This document shows, in pieces, positions 30,177 through 40,579 of a stretch of DNA of 64,000 nucleotides. The stretch is from Trueperaceae bacterium (lineage in GTDB: Bacteria; Deinococcota; Deinococci; Deinococcales; Trueperaceae). The stretch is from assembly GCA_965213705.1 (NCBI GenBank), contig OZ243913.1, positions 704,001 through 768,000 on the forward strand. Direction: 5' to 3'. The notes under the pieces were generated by a model. That model worked only from the letters and a program-made list of their open reading frames with translations, was not told the DNA's origin and made no database searches. Every line of letters starts with the position of its first letter. The first letter of the stretch is position 1. The translations under genes and the position numbers were made by a program.

Positions 30177-31868
30177 TTACTTCAAAGTAACCGCCTGCCG
30201 CACCACGCCCGCGCGTTCGTGCTTCACGGTGATGTGGAGCGTGCCGCCGCCGGGCGCGTGGACGACCCACTCGAGCTTGAGCCGCTCCGTCGTCGGGTCG
30301 GCTGTGGTGGGGCTGGGCGCGACGTTTTTGTAGGCGCGACCGGAAAGCTGTCCGTGAACCTCTCGTACTTTACCGACTTTCAGACTTGCGCCCTCGGGTA
30401 ATTCGACTTCCGCGACCACGCCGCGGACGAGCTTTTTCTCCTGCGCGTGCTTGGTGACGTAACTCGGTAGCCAGCCGGTGTTGTGGACGACGATTTGAAC
30501 CCGATAAGTGTCGTCGCCCAAAGGTTCGACTTCCGATGAGTGGGGCTCGAGCTTGGGCGAAATCAGCAGGTGCCACAAGCACCACTCCGGAAACTTGGCG
30601 ACCTCACGTTCTAAAAACTGCGGCGGCGGGTTGCGCCAGGCGTAAAGCGCGTCCCAGCCGCCGAGTTCGACCTCGCCCAGTTGCGGATGCTGAAACGCGT
30701 ACCAGTCCACGTAGCCCCGGCCCTCCAAGGTTTCGTCGCTCCACTTCAACAGTTTGAGGTCGTCCCCAAAATCGTGCTCGCGGTACCAGTCGATGAACTT
30801 GTAGTCCGTGATGCCCGCCTGCCGTTGCGGGCTCCAGATTTCGACCGTCCAGGCGAACACGCCCAAACCCTCGACCAGCCAGTCGTCGAACGCCCCGGTG
30901 ATAGTTTCTTTGGGGTGATACTTGAAGTCGTGGAACACGCTCGCGTGCGGGTAGCCGGTCAGTTCCGTGCCTTTAGCGCCGATTTTCTGGTAGGTCCACA
31001 GGTCCTCGGCGGCAAATTCCTCGTCGCTCTGCCCGCTGAACGGGCGCAGCAGCACGCCGCCGTAGGTGTGAAAGGTGATGCCGCCGGTGATGTTGGGGTG
31101 CTTGGCGACGAAGTCGACCAGGTTTTTCACCTCCGGCTCGGACACAGGGTACGGCCCCGCGCCCGCCTGCTCGGCCTGGTTGCGCCAGTTGGCGGGAAAG
31201 TTGCGGTTCAGGTCGAGACCCTCTTTTTTCGCTTGCACGGTGAGGGTGACGCCGTCGTAGTCGTCGAGCAAACCCTCGGGCAACACGCGGTAGTAAGTTC
31301 CGCCCGTCTCGGTCGGGTCGCGGCGCACGAGCAGGCGCGGTTCTTTTTCCGACACCTTCCAAGGCCCGTTGGCGTCCCGGACGCGCATACACAGCAGCCG
31401 CCCGTCACCGTCGATGTCCTCTTGACGCAGCCCGTCGATAGGCGTTTCATTGTAAGGATACGGGCGCGTCGAGGAGCGGATGATTTTCGGCGCGTCGGCC
31501 AGCGCGAGTTCGGCCCCGTCGGGGTTGACGCGGGGGACGACGTAAAAGGCCCTCGTGTCGAGCGCCCGCGTCACGTCTTCACGCTCGCCGTAGGTTTTGA
31601 CGAGCATGTCGATAAGGTACAAGCAAGCCGTCGACGGCGACACCTCCGTGGCGTGGATGTTGCCGTCTATCCACAGCGCGGGTTTGTCCGCGGCGGGGCC
31701 GGTGTGAAAGTTCGTCACCGTGACGAGGTGAACGTCGCGGCCCTCGTAACTTCGGCCGAGGGTCTCGAGCTTCACTAAGTCGGGGTGTTCGTCGGCAAAG
31801 GCTTTCAGAACGGCGGTCAGCTCGTTGTAGCGGTAGTAGCGGTCGAAGTCCAGTTCGGGCATGGGCAT
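30177..31868 (-). CDS. M14 family zinc carboxypeptidase
   Basis: GNIHATE, PRVNPDG, DLNRNFP, FHTYGG. Confidence 0.92.
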   Translation of the reverse strand: MPMPELDFDRYYRYNELTAVLKAFADEHPDLVKLETLGRSYEGRDVHLVTVTNFHTGPAADKPALWIDGNIHATEVSPSTACLYLIDMLVKTYGEREDVTRALDTRAFYVVPRVNPDGAELALADAPKIIRSSTRPYPYNETPIDGLRQEDIDGDGRLLCMRVRDANGPWKVSEKEPRLLVRRDPTETGGTYYRVLPEGLLDDYDGVTLTVQAKKEGLDLNRNFPANWRNQAEQAGAGPYPVSEPEVKNLVDFVAKHPNITGGITFHTYGGVLLRPFSGQSDEEFAAEDLWTYQKIGAKGTELTGYPHASVFHDFKYHPKETITGAFDDWLVEGLGVFAWTVEIWSPQRQAGITDYKFIDWYREHDFGDDLKLLKWSDETLEGRGYVDWYAFQHPQLGEVELGGWDALYAWRNPPPQFLEREVAKFPEWCLWHLLISPKLEPHSSEVEPLGDDTYRVQIVVHNTGWLPSYVTKHAQEKKLVRGVVAEVELPEGASLKVGKVREVHGQLSGRAYKNVAPSPTTADPTTERLKLEWVVHAPGGGTLHITVKHERAGVVRQAVTLK

Positions 31869-31930
31869 CAGCTTACGTCAAAAAAGAAACGCACTCATAA
31901 GGTGCGCCTCTCGGGTCTCGGTGTTCAAAA

Positions 31931-32314
31931 TCAGGCCGAGGCTTGGGTTTCCAGCTCGCTTTTCGGGAACCACCGGGCTTCCGGCTTGACTTCGGGCGCG
32001 GGTGCGGGGCCGGTGTCGGTCCAGGCCTCGACGCTGTCCAGGGTCATCAGCGCCGTTACTTCCATGTCTTGCGAGCAGGTGAGCTGGCAGGACAGCCGGG
32101 CCTGGCCGAGCAGGTCTTTTTCCTTGAGTTTGTCGTACTCGGCCCGCGTCATCTCCTCGGGTTCGCCGGACACGAACGTCACCCGGCAGGTCGTACACCG
32201 GCCAATCCCGCCGCAGCGGTGCCCGACCTGAACGCCCAGTTCTTCGATGGCGAGGACGAGGCGTTTGTCGGAATCGTATTCGGCGGAGTTTCCGTCAATG
32301 GTTAACTTCGGCAT
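31931..32314 (-). CDS. 2Fe-2S ferredoxin
   Basis: HRCGGIGRCTTC ... RLSCQ. Confidence 0.92.
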   Translation of the reverse strand: MPKLTIDGNSAEYDSDKRLVLAIEELGVQVGHRCGGIGRCTTCRVTFVSGEPEEMTRAEYDKLKEKDLLGQARLSCQLTCSQDMEVTALMTLDSVEAWTDTGPAPAPEVKPEARWFPKSELETQASA

Positions 32315-32401
32315 GTTGCCTCCTTGGTGTAGCCTAACCTAACCGTCCAGGCGGGGCGTCCATGTGGCTCTATCTCGCACTCAACTTTGAACGCTCGCCT
32401 A

Positions 32402-33448
32402 TTACCAACCTCGTTGCTGCGTTTCTTGTTGAAGTTTTTCGAACGCTTGCTTGTCCTCGCCCTTAAACGTTCGCAAACCCAAAGTTGCTAAGTAAGCCCT
32501 GAACTTTTCGTCGTGCAAGCCGTAGTAGTCAACCAGTTCGTCGACAATACCGGGTGGCAGGTCGTGCAGCCACAGGAGGCTTACCACCTTGACCTGCTCG
32601 GCGTGCTCGTCCCAGGCGCTGAACAGCTCGTGTACAAAGGCCGCCTGCGCGGCCTCCGAGCTGCCCAGCAGGGAACTTGAGGGATAGCCCGCCTCGAGAA
32701 TATAAAGCGGCTTGTCGGGAAACAACGCGGCCAACCTGTCGAAGTCTTCATGAACGACCGCCGGGTCTTTGGCCGTGAAATCGTCGCGCAGAGGGTAATA
32801 GGTCAGCATGACCGCGTCGCTGGCTCGAAGAAGAGGGCTGCTGAGGGCTCGAGCCTCGCCTGTAAGCCCTCCAAAACCCAGCTTGCTGCCCACCACCAGA
32901 CCGGGGCGTTTGTTGCGAGCATAGGTGGAGACTTTTTCGAAAAAGTGGTCGTACTGTCGCCAGCGCTGCCGGTTCATGCCGAGGTAGCCGTCGATTTCGT
33001 TGCCGATGGCGAGGCTTGAAAGCTCTAAGTCGGGTATTTGCGCGAACACGTAGTCGAGCAGCCGTTCGAACCGCGCGATGACTTCCGGGTCGTCGAACGC
33101 TTTGTTTTTCAAGTCGGCGGGAAGCCGTAAGGTGTTGGTGTCGATGGGGCCAATCATGAGCGAAACCGTTGTGCCTTGCGCCGGAAAGAAGTCGTTGGCA
33201 ATCCCCAACCAGTCGGGGTCGGTGCCGTACCGACCCGGCGAAGGCTCCAGGTCGTCCCATTGTAGGGAGAGGCTGGTCACCTGCATCCCAACTGACCTCG
33301 CCAGGACAAACGCAGCGTCGTAGTCGTCGTCGGCCGCGGTCGTAACCTCGAGGGACAAAAGGCGGTCCTGTTCGGGCAGGGCGGTCTGCGCCGTGCAGCC
33401 TGGGCAGGCCAGCAGCAGCGTGAGCACGACCGTCCTAAGTGGGTTCAT
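32402..33448 (-). CDS. Exported glycoside hydrolase-like TIM barrel (clan GH-A like)
   Basis: Signal peptide; WDDLEPSPG.Y, AIGNEID, TYYP, LEAGYPS, QAAFV. Confidence 0.7.
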   Translation of the reverse strand: MNPLRTVVLTLLLACPGCTAQTALPEQDRLLSLEVTTAADDDYDAAFVLARSVGMQVTSLSLQWDDLEPSPGRYGTDPDWLGIANDFFPAQGTTVSLMIGPIDTNTLRLPADLKNKAFDDPEVIARFERLLDYVFAQIPDLELSSLAIGNEIDGYLGMNRQRWRQYDHFFEKVSTYARNKRPGLVVGSKLGFGGLTGEARALSSPLLRASDAVMLTYYPLRDDFTAKDPAVVHEDFDRLAALFPDKPLYILEAGYPSSSLLGSSEAAQAAFVHELFSAWDEHAEQVKVVSLLWLHDLPPGIVDELVDYYGLHDEKFRAYLATLGLRTFKGEDKQAFEKLQQETQQRGW

Positions 33449-33500
33449 GAGCCACACTGTGGGTCTGAAAGCGTCGGCTGGTTTTTCAAGGAGTCACGGT

Positions 33501-35327
33501 TTAGGGACGGACGGCGCTCAATGGGTAGAGCGCCTTGTAGACCTCAAAATTTTCGCTCACCCGTTGCAGGTACTCGCGGGTCTCGAGGGCGTCAATTTCG
33601 CGGTACAGTTCGTCCTTGTTCGCGGCGACGAGAGAACTCTCGTACAAACGTTTGATGTAACCCTGGCCGCGGTTGTACGACGCGATGACGAGTTCGGGGT
33701 CGCCGTCTAGATAGTTCAGCAGCCACCTGAGGTAAAAACTGCCGTAGCGCACGTTCGTCGCCACGTCGAAGGGTTCGCCCGGTGTTTCGCGCTGCAGCTC
33801 GGCGAGCCAGTCCCAGGTCGAGGGGATGACCTGCATCAGTCCTTGGGCGTTCGAACTCGACAGGGCCTTGGGGAAAAAGGCCGACTCTTGCCGCATAATC
33901 GCCCAGACGAGGGCGGGCTCCAAGCCGTTGCGAAGCGCCTCGTCGCTCACGGCTTCAGGATAGGCCCGCGGGTAAGCGAGTTCCCAGACGCGGCGGTCGT
34001 CGACCCCGGCTTTGAGCAGGTCGACCCCCGCGCGCTGGCTCTGCCGAAACTCGCCCAGCAGTTGCAAACTCTCCGCCAGCGCCACACGTGTGGGCACGTC
34101 GACCGCGTCCCGCAACGCGAACAGCAGTTCGCCCTGCGCCCCGTCCAAGTCGTTGATGCGGGCGAGGGCGTTGGCAACGTCTGCGGCGGGCGGGGTCACG
34201 CGTTCCAGCACGGAGACCCCCGGTACCTGAAGTGTTTTGCCGAGCTTGAGCCCAAAGAAGCTGCCCACCGGCACGAGAGTTCCAGCTTCTTCAGCCAGGT
34301 CGGCCTTGCTCAGCCTGTCGGCCAGCACGTAGGCGCGGTAAGCGGCGTCGTCGGCGTAGACGGAGTCGCTTTTTGCCAGGTTCAGGTACACGTCCAGCGC
34401 GTCCCGGTAGCGGTCCACGGCCTCTAAGTAGCCGGTCGCCAGCCACAGGTTAGCGGGTTCACCGGTTCGTGCGAGCAGCGCCACCGCAAGGTCGGTGTCG
34501 CCCCGCTGCCGCGCGACGAGTGCCCGTCCCTTGAGCGCCGAGGTGCCGGGCAGGTCCGCAAACAGCGCCTCGGCCGCGCTCAGGTTGCCGAGGTAGTAGT
34601 TCATCCACGCCTCGCCGTAGCGGGCGTCTTCGTCGCCGGGTTGCTCAACCAGCCAGCGGCGGTAGGCGTCTAGGGCCTGCTCGTAGTCCCCCAGCGCCCG
34701 GTAAGCGGGCGCTTCGACGGACGGCGCGGTGAGGTTGCCCAGCGCCGCGAGCGCGTCCCGCCAACGCCGCGCCTTCAAAAAGGTGTTGGCGAGGCTGTAG
34801 GGGTCGGTTTGCAGGCGTTTGACACCGGCCGTCGCCACGGGGTCGGGCAGCGCGGCGGCGTAGGTTTCAAGCGCTTCGGCGTCCAAACCGGCGGCCTCGG
34901 CCGTGCCGGCGTACTCGAGCAGCAGCGCGCGTTTATCAAGCTTGTCGAGCGGGTCGTCGACGCGCAACGCGAACACGCGGCGGTAGTAGTGGGTTCGGGT
35001 AGCGGGCTCGAGCGTGACGTCTCGCGCCAGGCTGAGCGCCGCGCGGTAGGACGCGTAGCTGCCTTGTTGCGCGAGCGCTTCCAAACTCTCGGTGTCACCT
35101 TGCAGCAGCGCGTCGCGGTAGCTTTTGTAGTCGACCAGCAGCGGGTCGTCGTAGGGGTCGAGGGCCGCCAGGCGCAGCTCGAGGGGCGTCTGCGGGCGCG
35201 TCACCATAACCGTCAGCGCGGCGAGCAGGGCGAGGACGGCCGACGCTGCCAACACCCGCTGTTTGACCGACCCGGACTTAAAGACTGCGAACTTAAAGCC
35301 TGCGAACCTCCAACGCAAAAACCTCAT
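33501..35327 (-). CDS. Soluble lytic transglycosylase (TPR + SLT domain)
   Basis: YPRAY, AIMRQESAF, AQGLMQVIPST, ASYNRG, ETREY; start codon uncertain. Confidence 0.9.
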   Translation of the reverse strand: MRFLRWRFAGFKFAVFKSGSVKQRVLAASAVLALLAALTVMVTRPQTPLELRLAALDPYDDPLLVDYKSYRDALLQGDTESLEALAQQGSYASYRAALSLARDVTLEPATRTHYYRRVFALRVDDPLDKLDKRALLLEYAGTAEAAGLDAEALETYAAALPDPVATAGVKRLQTDPYSLANTFLKARRWRDALAALGNLTAPSVEAPAYRALGDYEQALDAYRRWLVEQPGDEDARYGEAWMNYYLGNLSAAEALFADLPGTSALKGRALVARQRGDTDLAVALLARTGEPANLWLATGYLEAVDRYRDALDVYLNLAKSDSVYADDAAYRAYVLADRLSKADLAEEAGTLVPVGSFFGLKLGKTLQVPGVSVLERVTPPAADVANALARINDLDGAQGELLFALRDAVDVPTRVALAESLQLLGEFRQSQRAGVDLLKAGVDDRRVWELAYPRAYPEAVSDEALRNGLEPALVWAIMRQESAFFPKALSSSNAQGLMQVIPSTWDWLAELQRETPGEPFDVATNVRYGSFYLRWLLNYLDGDPELVIASYNRGQGYIKRLYESSLVAANKDELYREIDALETREYLQRVSENFEVYKALYPLSAVRP

Positions 35328-35484
35328 AAACTAGAGTGTAAAACGTGCGCGCGCGTCTTTGCTGAGAGAAACCAAGCATGAAGGTCGGAACGAACGGGCG
35401 CTTCGGTTGCCGAGACGGAACTTTTCCACCTTACGACGCACCCGGCCGATATGGGCTACACTGACGCTCAAATCTAGGTTCTGA

Positions 35485-35513
35485 CTTGCCTCCCGACGGG
35501 AGGCAAGATGTTT
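35485..35513 (+). promoter_or_regulatory. Strong hairpin in the greA leader
   Basis: CTTGCCTCCC-GAC-GGGAGGCAAG perfect 10-bp stem followed by ATGTTT, about 35 nt before the greA start. Confidence 0.45.
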
Positions 35514-35544
35514 AAGTGCAAAATTCAGCCGAGGAGGTCTGGCG

Positions 35545-36015
35545 ATGGCGAGACAGGTACGTTTGACGCAAGAAGGGTATGACAGGCTCAAAACGACGTT
35601 GGAAAACGAGCAGGAGCGTTTGGAAGAAGCGACCCGCATTCTGCGCGAGCTGACGGGTTCAAGCGACGACTACGACGACTCGGGCTTGGAAGAAGCCAAG
35701 CGTGAAAAAGCGCGTATCGAGGCGCGCATCGACAACATGGACGACCAACTCGCTCGAGCCGAAATCATCCAAGCGCACGAGCGCGACAAGGTCGACCTGG
35801 GCTCGGTCGTGACGCTGCAAGACGCGAGTTCGAAAGAGGCGTTTGACGTGCAGGTCGTCTCGCCCATCGAGGCGAGCGTGCTCGACAGCGACATCCCCAA
35901 AGTCTCCGACGAGTCCCCGCTCGGCAAAGGGTTGATGGGCAAAAAACCGGGCCAGACCTTCACGGTCGTCATCAACGACAAAAAGACCGAGTACACGCTG
36001 GTGTCGATAAGCTGA
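35545..36015 (+). CDS. greA: Transcription elongation factor GreA/GreB family
   Basis: LTQEGYDRL, DDYDDSGLEEAKREK (Deinococcus-Thermus type), VSDESPLGKGL. Confidence 0.9.
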   Translation: MARQVRLTQEGYDRLKTTLENEQERLEEATRILRELTGSSDDYDDSGLEEAKREKARIEARIDNMDDQLARAEIIQAHERDKVDLGSVVTLQDASSKEAFDVQVVSPIEASVLDSDIPKVSDESPLGKGLMGKKPGQTFTVVINDKKTEYTLVSIS

Positions 36016-36021
36016 AGCAAA

Positions 36022-36056
36022 AGTACCGAGGACCGAGTAGAAAGTGAAAAGTAAAA
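36022..36056 (+). repeat. AGTACCG-family heptamer array
   Basis: AGTACCG AGGACCG AGTAGAA AGTGAAA AGTAAAA. Confidence 0.75.
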
Positions 36057-36105
36057 GTCCAAAGCGCTGCTCGTGTCCAACGCAAGCAGTGCTAGATTGT
36101 TCTTT

Positions 36106-37590
36106 ATGTCTTTAGAAGAGCAGCGTCAACAACGCCTTAGGAATTTGGAAAGCTTGGTCGAGCGCGGTTTCGAGCCGTATCCGTACAGCTACGAGGCGAC
36201 GCATAGAGCAGCCGATTTGCAAGAGCGCTACGGCGGCGGCGAACCCGGCAGCGAGTTTGACGAGGTGGTCAAACTCGCCGGCCGCGTCGTGTTGTTGCGG
36301 ATGATGGGCAAGGCGAGTTTTGCGACGCTACAGGACGGTAGCGGGCAACTCCAAGCCTACTTTCAAAAGGACGCGCTCGAGAGTTACAACGCGCTGAAAA
36401 AAATCGACCTGGGCGACTGGTTGGAGGTGTCGGGGCCGCTCTTCGCCACCAAAACCGGCGAACTCACCGTGCGGGTCGAGGGATTTCGCCCGCTGGTCAA
36501 GTCCTTGCGCCCGCTGCCCGACAAGTACCACGGCTTGGCCGACAAAGAGCAGCGCTACCGCCAGCGCTATCTCGACCTCATGGTCAACCCGGAGGTGCGG
36601 CGGGCTTTCACGCTGCGTTCAAAAGCCGTTTCGTACATCCGCCGCTACCTGGACGACCTGGGCTTTCTGGAGGTCGAGACGCCCGTCCTGCAGAGCGTCC
36701 CCGGCGGCGCGGAGGCGCGGCCGTTCGTGACGCACCACAACGCGCTCGAGCACGACTTTCACTTGCGCATCTCGCTGGAACTCTACTTAAAACGTTTAAT
36801 CGTCGGCGGTTTCGACGCGGTGTATGAAATCGGTCGGAACTTTCGCAACGAGGGGATTTCGTACAAGCACAACCCTGAATACACGATGCTCGAGCTGTAC
36901 TGGGCGGGCAAGGACTACTTGGACATTTTAGAGCTGGTCGAGACGATGTACTGCTCTCTGGTCGAAAAACTGACCGGCTCCACGACCCTGTCTTACCAGG
37001 GAAAACAGCTCGACTTCAGCACGCCGTGGGCGCGTGTGGACTACACGGGCGAGTTGCAACGCCGCGCCGGGTTGAGTTTCGACATCACGGACGAGGCCAA
37101 GCTGCGCGCCTGGGTCGCCGAGCACCACGCGCCCAAAAACGGCGATTCAGCGGACACGCCGCTCGCCGAGGCACCCGTCGGGCAGGTTTTCAACAAGCTC
37201 TACGACATCTACCTCGAGCCCCACCTCGTCCAGCCGACCTTCGTGATGGACCACCCGCAAGCGATAAGCCCGCTCGCCAAAAAGCATCGCAGCCGCGCGG
37301 GACTGGTCGAGCGCTTCGAGCCGGTCTGCGTGGGGATGGAACTCGGCAACGCGTTTTCCGAACTCAATGACCCGCTCGACCAACGGGCGCGTTTCGAGCT
37401 GCAACAGAGTTTGCGCGAAATGGGCGACGAGGAACAACCCGACATCGACGAGGACTTTCTGACCGCCCTGGAATACGGGATGCCCCCCACCGGCGGACTG
37501 GGACTGGGCATCGACCGCTTGGCGATGCTGCTGGCTGACGTGCCGAGTATTCGGGACGTGATTTTGTTTCCCTTGCTCAAGCCGGAGTAG
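36106..37590 (+). CDS. lysS: Lysine--tRNA ligase (class II)
   Basis: YRQRYLDL, EVETP, YEIGRNFRNEG...HNPEYT, GMPPTGGLGLGIDRL. Confidence 0.97.
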   Translation: MSLEEQRQQRLRNLESLVERGFEPYPYSYEATHRAADLQERYGGGEPGSEFDEVVKLAGRVVLLRMMGKASFATLQDGSGQLQAYFQKDALESYNALKKIDLGDWLEVSGPLFATKTGELTVRVEGFRPLVKSLRPLPDKYHGLADKEQRYRQRYLDLMVNPEVRRAFTLRSKAVSYIRRYLDDLGFLEVETPVLQSVPGGAEARPFVTHHNALEHDFHLRISLELYLKRLIVGGFDAVYEIGRNFRNEGISYKHNPEYTMLELYWAGKDYLDILELVETMYCSLVEKLTGSTTLSYQGKQLDFSTPWARVDYTGELQRRAGLSFDITDEAKLRAWVAEHHAPKNGDSADTPLAEAPVGQVFNKLYDIYLEPHLVQPTFVMDHPQAISPLAKKHRSRAGLVERFEPVCVGMELGNAFSELNDPLDQRARFELQQSLREMGDEEQPDIDEDFLTALEYGMPPTGGLGLGIDRLAMLLADVPSIRDVILFPLLKPE

Positions 37591-37635
37591 GGCGTCAGGG
37601 TTGGAGCGGACAGGGCGGAACAACCGGCTTTTCTC

Positions 37636-38766
37636 TTACGGCCCTACGGTGAGCAGCGAGGTGAGCAGGGCGAGCCGGTCTAAGGTTTCGTCAATGCGGA
37701 CGTGTTCGAAGCGCGCGTGCGGGCCTGCGCCTGCCGAGCCCAGCCCGTCCAGCGTGGCTACACCCAGGGCCGAGGTAAAGTTGCCGTCCGAGCCGCCGCC
37801 GACGACGGCTCCGTCCAGCGCCAAACCCAGCCTTGCCATCACACCTTGAGCTTCTTTGAACAGGGTTTGGTTCGCCTCGGTAAACTCCAAAGGTGGACGG
37901 TTGAGGCCGCCGGCAAGGGTGACGGTTACCTTCTCGTCTTGCGGAACGTAACCCCGCAGCGCCGCCTCGACCCGCTCGGCCTCACCCGGTTTGAGCACGC
38001 GCATGTCGAGGGTGCAGCTCGCGGACTCGGCGATGACGTTGCTCACGCTGCCGCCTTGGGCCACCGTGACGTTGACGGTTGTACCCTGCTCATAGTCGGT
38101 GAGGTTTTCGGCGAACGGCAAAAAGTGCGCCAGTTCGCGCAGCGCCGAAGCGCCGTCTTTGGGGTTGTTGCCCGCGTGGGCGCTGACGCCCGAAAAATGC
38201 ACCGTAAAGTCGCCCGTGCCCTTGCGCCCCGTCTTCAGCGCGCCGTCCTCGCGGCCCGGCTCGAGCACGAACACGCGTGTGTGCTCACGCGCCAAGCGTT
38301 CGATAATGTCGCGCGAGAACAAACTGCCCTTTTCCTCGTCCGAGGTGAGCAGCAGCGTGACCGGGCCGCGCAGGGTCAGGCCCTCTTGTTTGATAATCTT
38401 CAGGGCGTGTAACGCCGTCGCGACGCCCGCCTTCATGTCGAGGGTGCCGGGGCCGTAGAGCTTGCCGTCCTCTTCTTTCAGGGGCATTTGCACAAGCGTG
38501 CCGACCGGCCAGACCGTGTCGAAATGGCACAAGAGCAGGCTCGAGGTTTCTCCCGGCGCACCCAAGCGCGCGACGAGCTGGTCGCCCACCTGGTTTTGCG
38601 CGACGCGCTTGACCGACCAACCGTCGGCGTTCAAACGTGTTTCCAAATAGTCCGCCACGCGGTCGTTGGCGGCTTTGTCGAGGGTGGGGGACTCCAACTT
38701 GACGAGGTCCGTCAAGGTCTCCAAGTAGGCGTCCCGCGCGGCGTGGGCTGAGTCTTTTAAGGTCAT
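37636..38766 (-). CDS. M20 family metallopeptidase (glutamate carboxypeptidase-like)
   Basis: HFDTVW, GPGTLDMKAG, SDEEKGS, SAHAG, GGGSDGN. Confidence 0.92.
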   Translation of the reverse strand: MTLKDSAHAARDAYLETLTDLVKLESPTLDKAANDRVADYLETRLNADGWSVKRVAQNQVGDQLVARLGAPGETSSLLLCHFDTVWPVGTLVQMPLKEEDGKLYGPGTLDMKAGVATALHALKIIKQEGLTLRGPVTLLLTSDEEKGSLFSRDIIERLAREHTRVFVLEPGREDGALKTGRKGTGDFTVHFSGVSAHAGNNPKDGASALRELAHFLPFAENLTDYEQGTTVNVTVAQGGSVSNVIAESASCTLDMRVLKPGEAERVEAALRGYVPQDEKVTVTLAGGLNRPPLEFTEANQTLFKEAQGVMARLGLALDGAVVGGGSDGNFTSALGVATLDGLGSAGAGPHARFEHVRIDETLDRLALLTSLLTVGP

Positions 38767-38913
38767 GCCTCAATCGTAACGCGAAAAAGCCGCGGGACCT
38801 CCCGGTCGACACCCGAACCCACGCCCTCGCTTTCGAGTTTGCACGACTAGATTCCTGCTTTCAATGTGAGACAACTACCGGAATACCCAAAACTTTTTGT
38901 TTTAAAGTCGGGT

Positions 38914-39387
38914 ATGAAAAAATATCTGTTGGTTTGGGTCGTCGCCGGTCTCGGGTCGGCTTTCGCGCAGTCGCCCTCGCCCTTTGTCGACGTGTCACCT
39001 TGCCACTGGGCGACCGACGCCGTCCGCTCCATCGCCGGAGAGCCGCAAGTTTCGGAGCGACAGGCGTTGGGCAGCAACTACCTGGCCGAGAACTCGTTGC
39101 GGCAAGTTTTCGAGGGTTTGAAGTGCGGCGACCTCGCCTGGAGCGCGTACTTTATGGACGGTGTTCCGGCGGGCACCGCGCCGCAGGGAACCCTGCAAAA
39201 CTTCGCCCTGAGCGGCGTAAGTTCGAGCCTGTCCGGCAGCAGCGGAACGGTCGCGTTCACCGTCACCGCCACCGTCGACGGCCAGACTTACACCCGAGCG
39301 GGCACCGCCGCGCTGACTTACGCGGGCGACCACTGGCAGGTAAGCTACCCCGACTTGGCCGCCCTGGACTTACCGGTTTTGCCCTAA
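38914..39387 (+). CDS. Secreted hypothetical protein with an SLH-like N-terminal motif
   Basis: Signal peptide; PFVDVSPCHWATDAV resembles the start of an S-layer homology repeat. Confidence 0.6.
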   Translation: MKKYLLVWVVAGLGSAFAQSPSPFVDVSPCHWATDAVRSIAGEPQVSERQALGSNYLAENSLRQVFEGLKCGDLAWSAYFMDGVPAGTAPQGTLQNFALSGVSSSLSGSSGTVAFTVTATVDGQTYTRAGTAALTYAGDHWQVSYPDLAALDLPVLP

Positions 39388-39870
39388 ACGCTTCTCGAGC
39401 GTGACGAACGTGGGCTCTTTGTAGCCCGCATGAGCGCCGTAAGCGTAAAAAACGTAACCGAGCGACCCGTACAGCGCTCGGTTACGTTTTTGGACGAGGC
39501 GCACCTGCAACCGTATTTTTTCGGCACCCAAGTCCAGGGTTTCGTCCTCTACCGCCGACAGCAGGGCTCTGGCTATCCCCCTACCCTGGTACTCGGGCAA
39601 CACGGCGAGGCGGCTCAAATAGACGTGGTCTTCTTTCGGTGCGTAAAAAACGCAACCGACGAGGGTTTCAGCTTCTGCGGCGACTAATTTTGCGGCGACT
39701 AAGGCGGTAGCGGTCTCAAGCTCGCGGTGCACCGCCGCGGGCGTTTTGTCGAGAGAGCTTGACGGGGGCTCGAGGATGTGCCTGTAAACCTCGAACGCCG
39801 CGGCGATAAGGCCCGCTACCGCAGGCACGTCGGCGTCGGTCGCTGCGCGCAGGCCGAACGGCGGCTTCAC
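39370..39870 (-). CDS. GNAT N-acetyltransferase
   Basis: RLAVLPEYQGRGIARALL, NRALYGSLGY. Confidence 0.9.
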   Translation of the reverse strand: MKPPFGLRAATDADVPAVAGLIAAAFEVYRHILEPPSSSLDKTPAAVHRELETATALVAAKLVAAEAETLVGCVFYAPKEDHVYLSRLAVLPEYQGRGIARALLSAVEDETLDLGAEKIRLQVRLVQKRNRALYGSLGYVFYAYGAHAGYKEPTFVTLEKRLGQNR

Positions 39871-39877
39871 GCAAGCG

Positions 39878-40378
39878 TTACAGGCGGGCGAGAATACCGG
39901 CCGCCTCGGTTTCTAAGTCGGCGTCGACCATCACGTTGTAACGTTCGGCCTGCATCCCGCTCACCGAGGTGAAGTCGCGCCGCCCGCCCGTGAAAGCGTA
40001 GCTGACCAACCCGAAAACCGCCCCGATGACGGCTCCGACGACAAGCCCGTTTAAAGCGAGCGTGAGCGCGGCGACGCCCGGCTGAAAAAAGCTGAACAAA
40101 CCGAACACGAAACCGATGAACGCGCCCAGCAGCCCGCCGCTCAACGCCCCATTCAAAAGCGCGCGCCACCAGTTCAAGCGCCCCGTCACCTGCTCGACGA
40201 ACCTGATGCCTTCCGCGACGATGGCGCTGCGCTCGACCGGGAACTTTTCGTCGGAGAGTTTGTCGACGGCCCGTTGCGCCTCCGGATAGGTTGCGTAACT
40301 CGCAACGGTGACCCGCGGCTGCTGTGAACCCTCACCCAGCGTCGTCCGCGGAGTTGCCATTTGCCTGTTCATGTCCAT
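39878..40378 (-). CDS. General stress protein (YflT/17M-like, membrane)
   Basis: VASYATYPEAQRAVDKLSD..FPV, VEQVTGRL, RRDFTS, Gly-rich TM hairpin. Confidence 0.8.
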   Translation of the reverse strand: MDMNRQMATPRTTLGEGSQQPRVTVASYATYPEAQRAVDKLSDEKFPVERSAIVAEGIRFVEQVTGRLNWWRALLNGALSGGLLGAFIGFVFGLFSFFQPGVAALTLALNGLVVGAVIGAVFGLVSYAFTGGRRDFTSVSGMQAERYNVMVDADLETEAAGILARL

Positions 40379-40579
40379 GTCGTTCTCCTTTTCTTTAGTC
40401 TTTCCTTATCTTTCCCCGTTTTTTCTTGGTCTTTCCTTGTCCGGGTTCAGGGTAGGGAAGGAACAAGCGCTTGTCTGTAGGGCAAAGTGGATTCCCCCGG
40501 GTCGTTGCCTTTTAAAGCGGCGGACACCGCTATTTGCTTTTGGTGACACGGGCTTATACTTGTTGCTCGGGGGACCTTC

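Noticed and set aside
39676..39702. Short tandem duplication in the GNAT gene (LVAAK LVAAE)
   Set aside because: In-frame slippage event with no evident functional consequence
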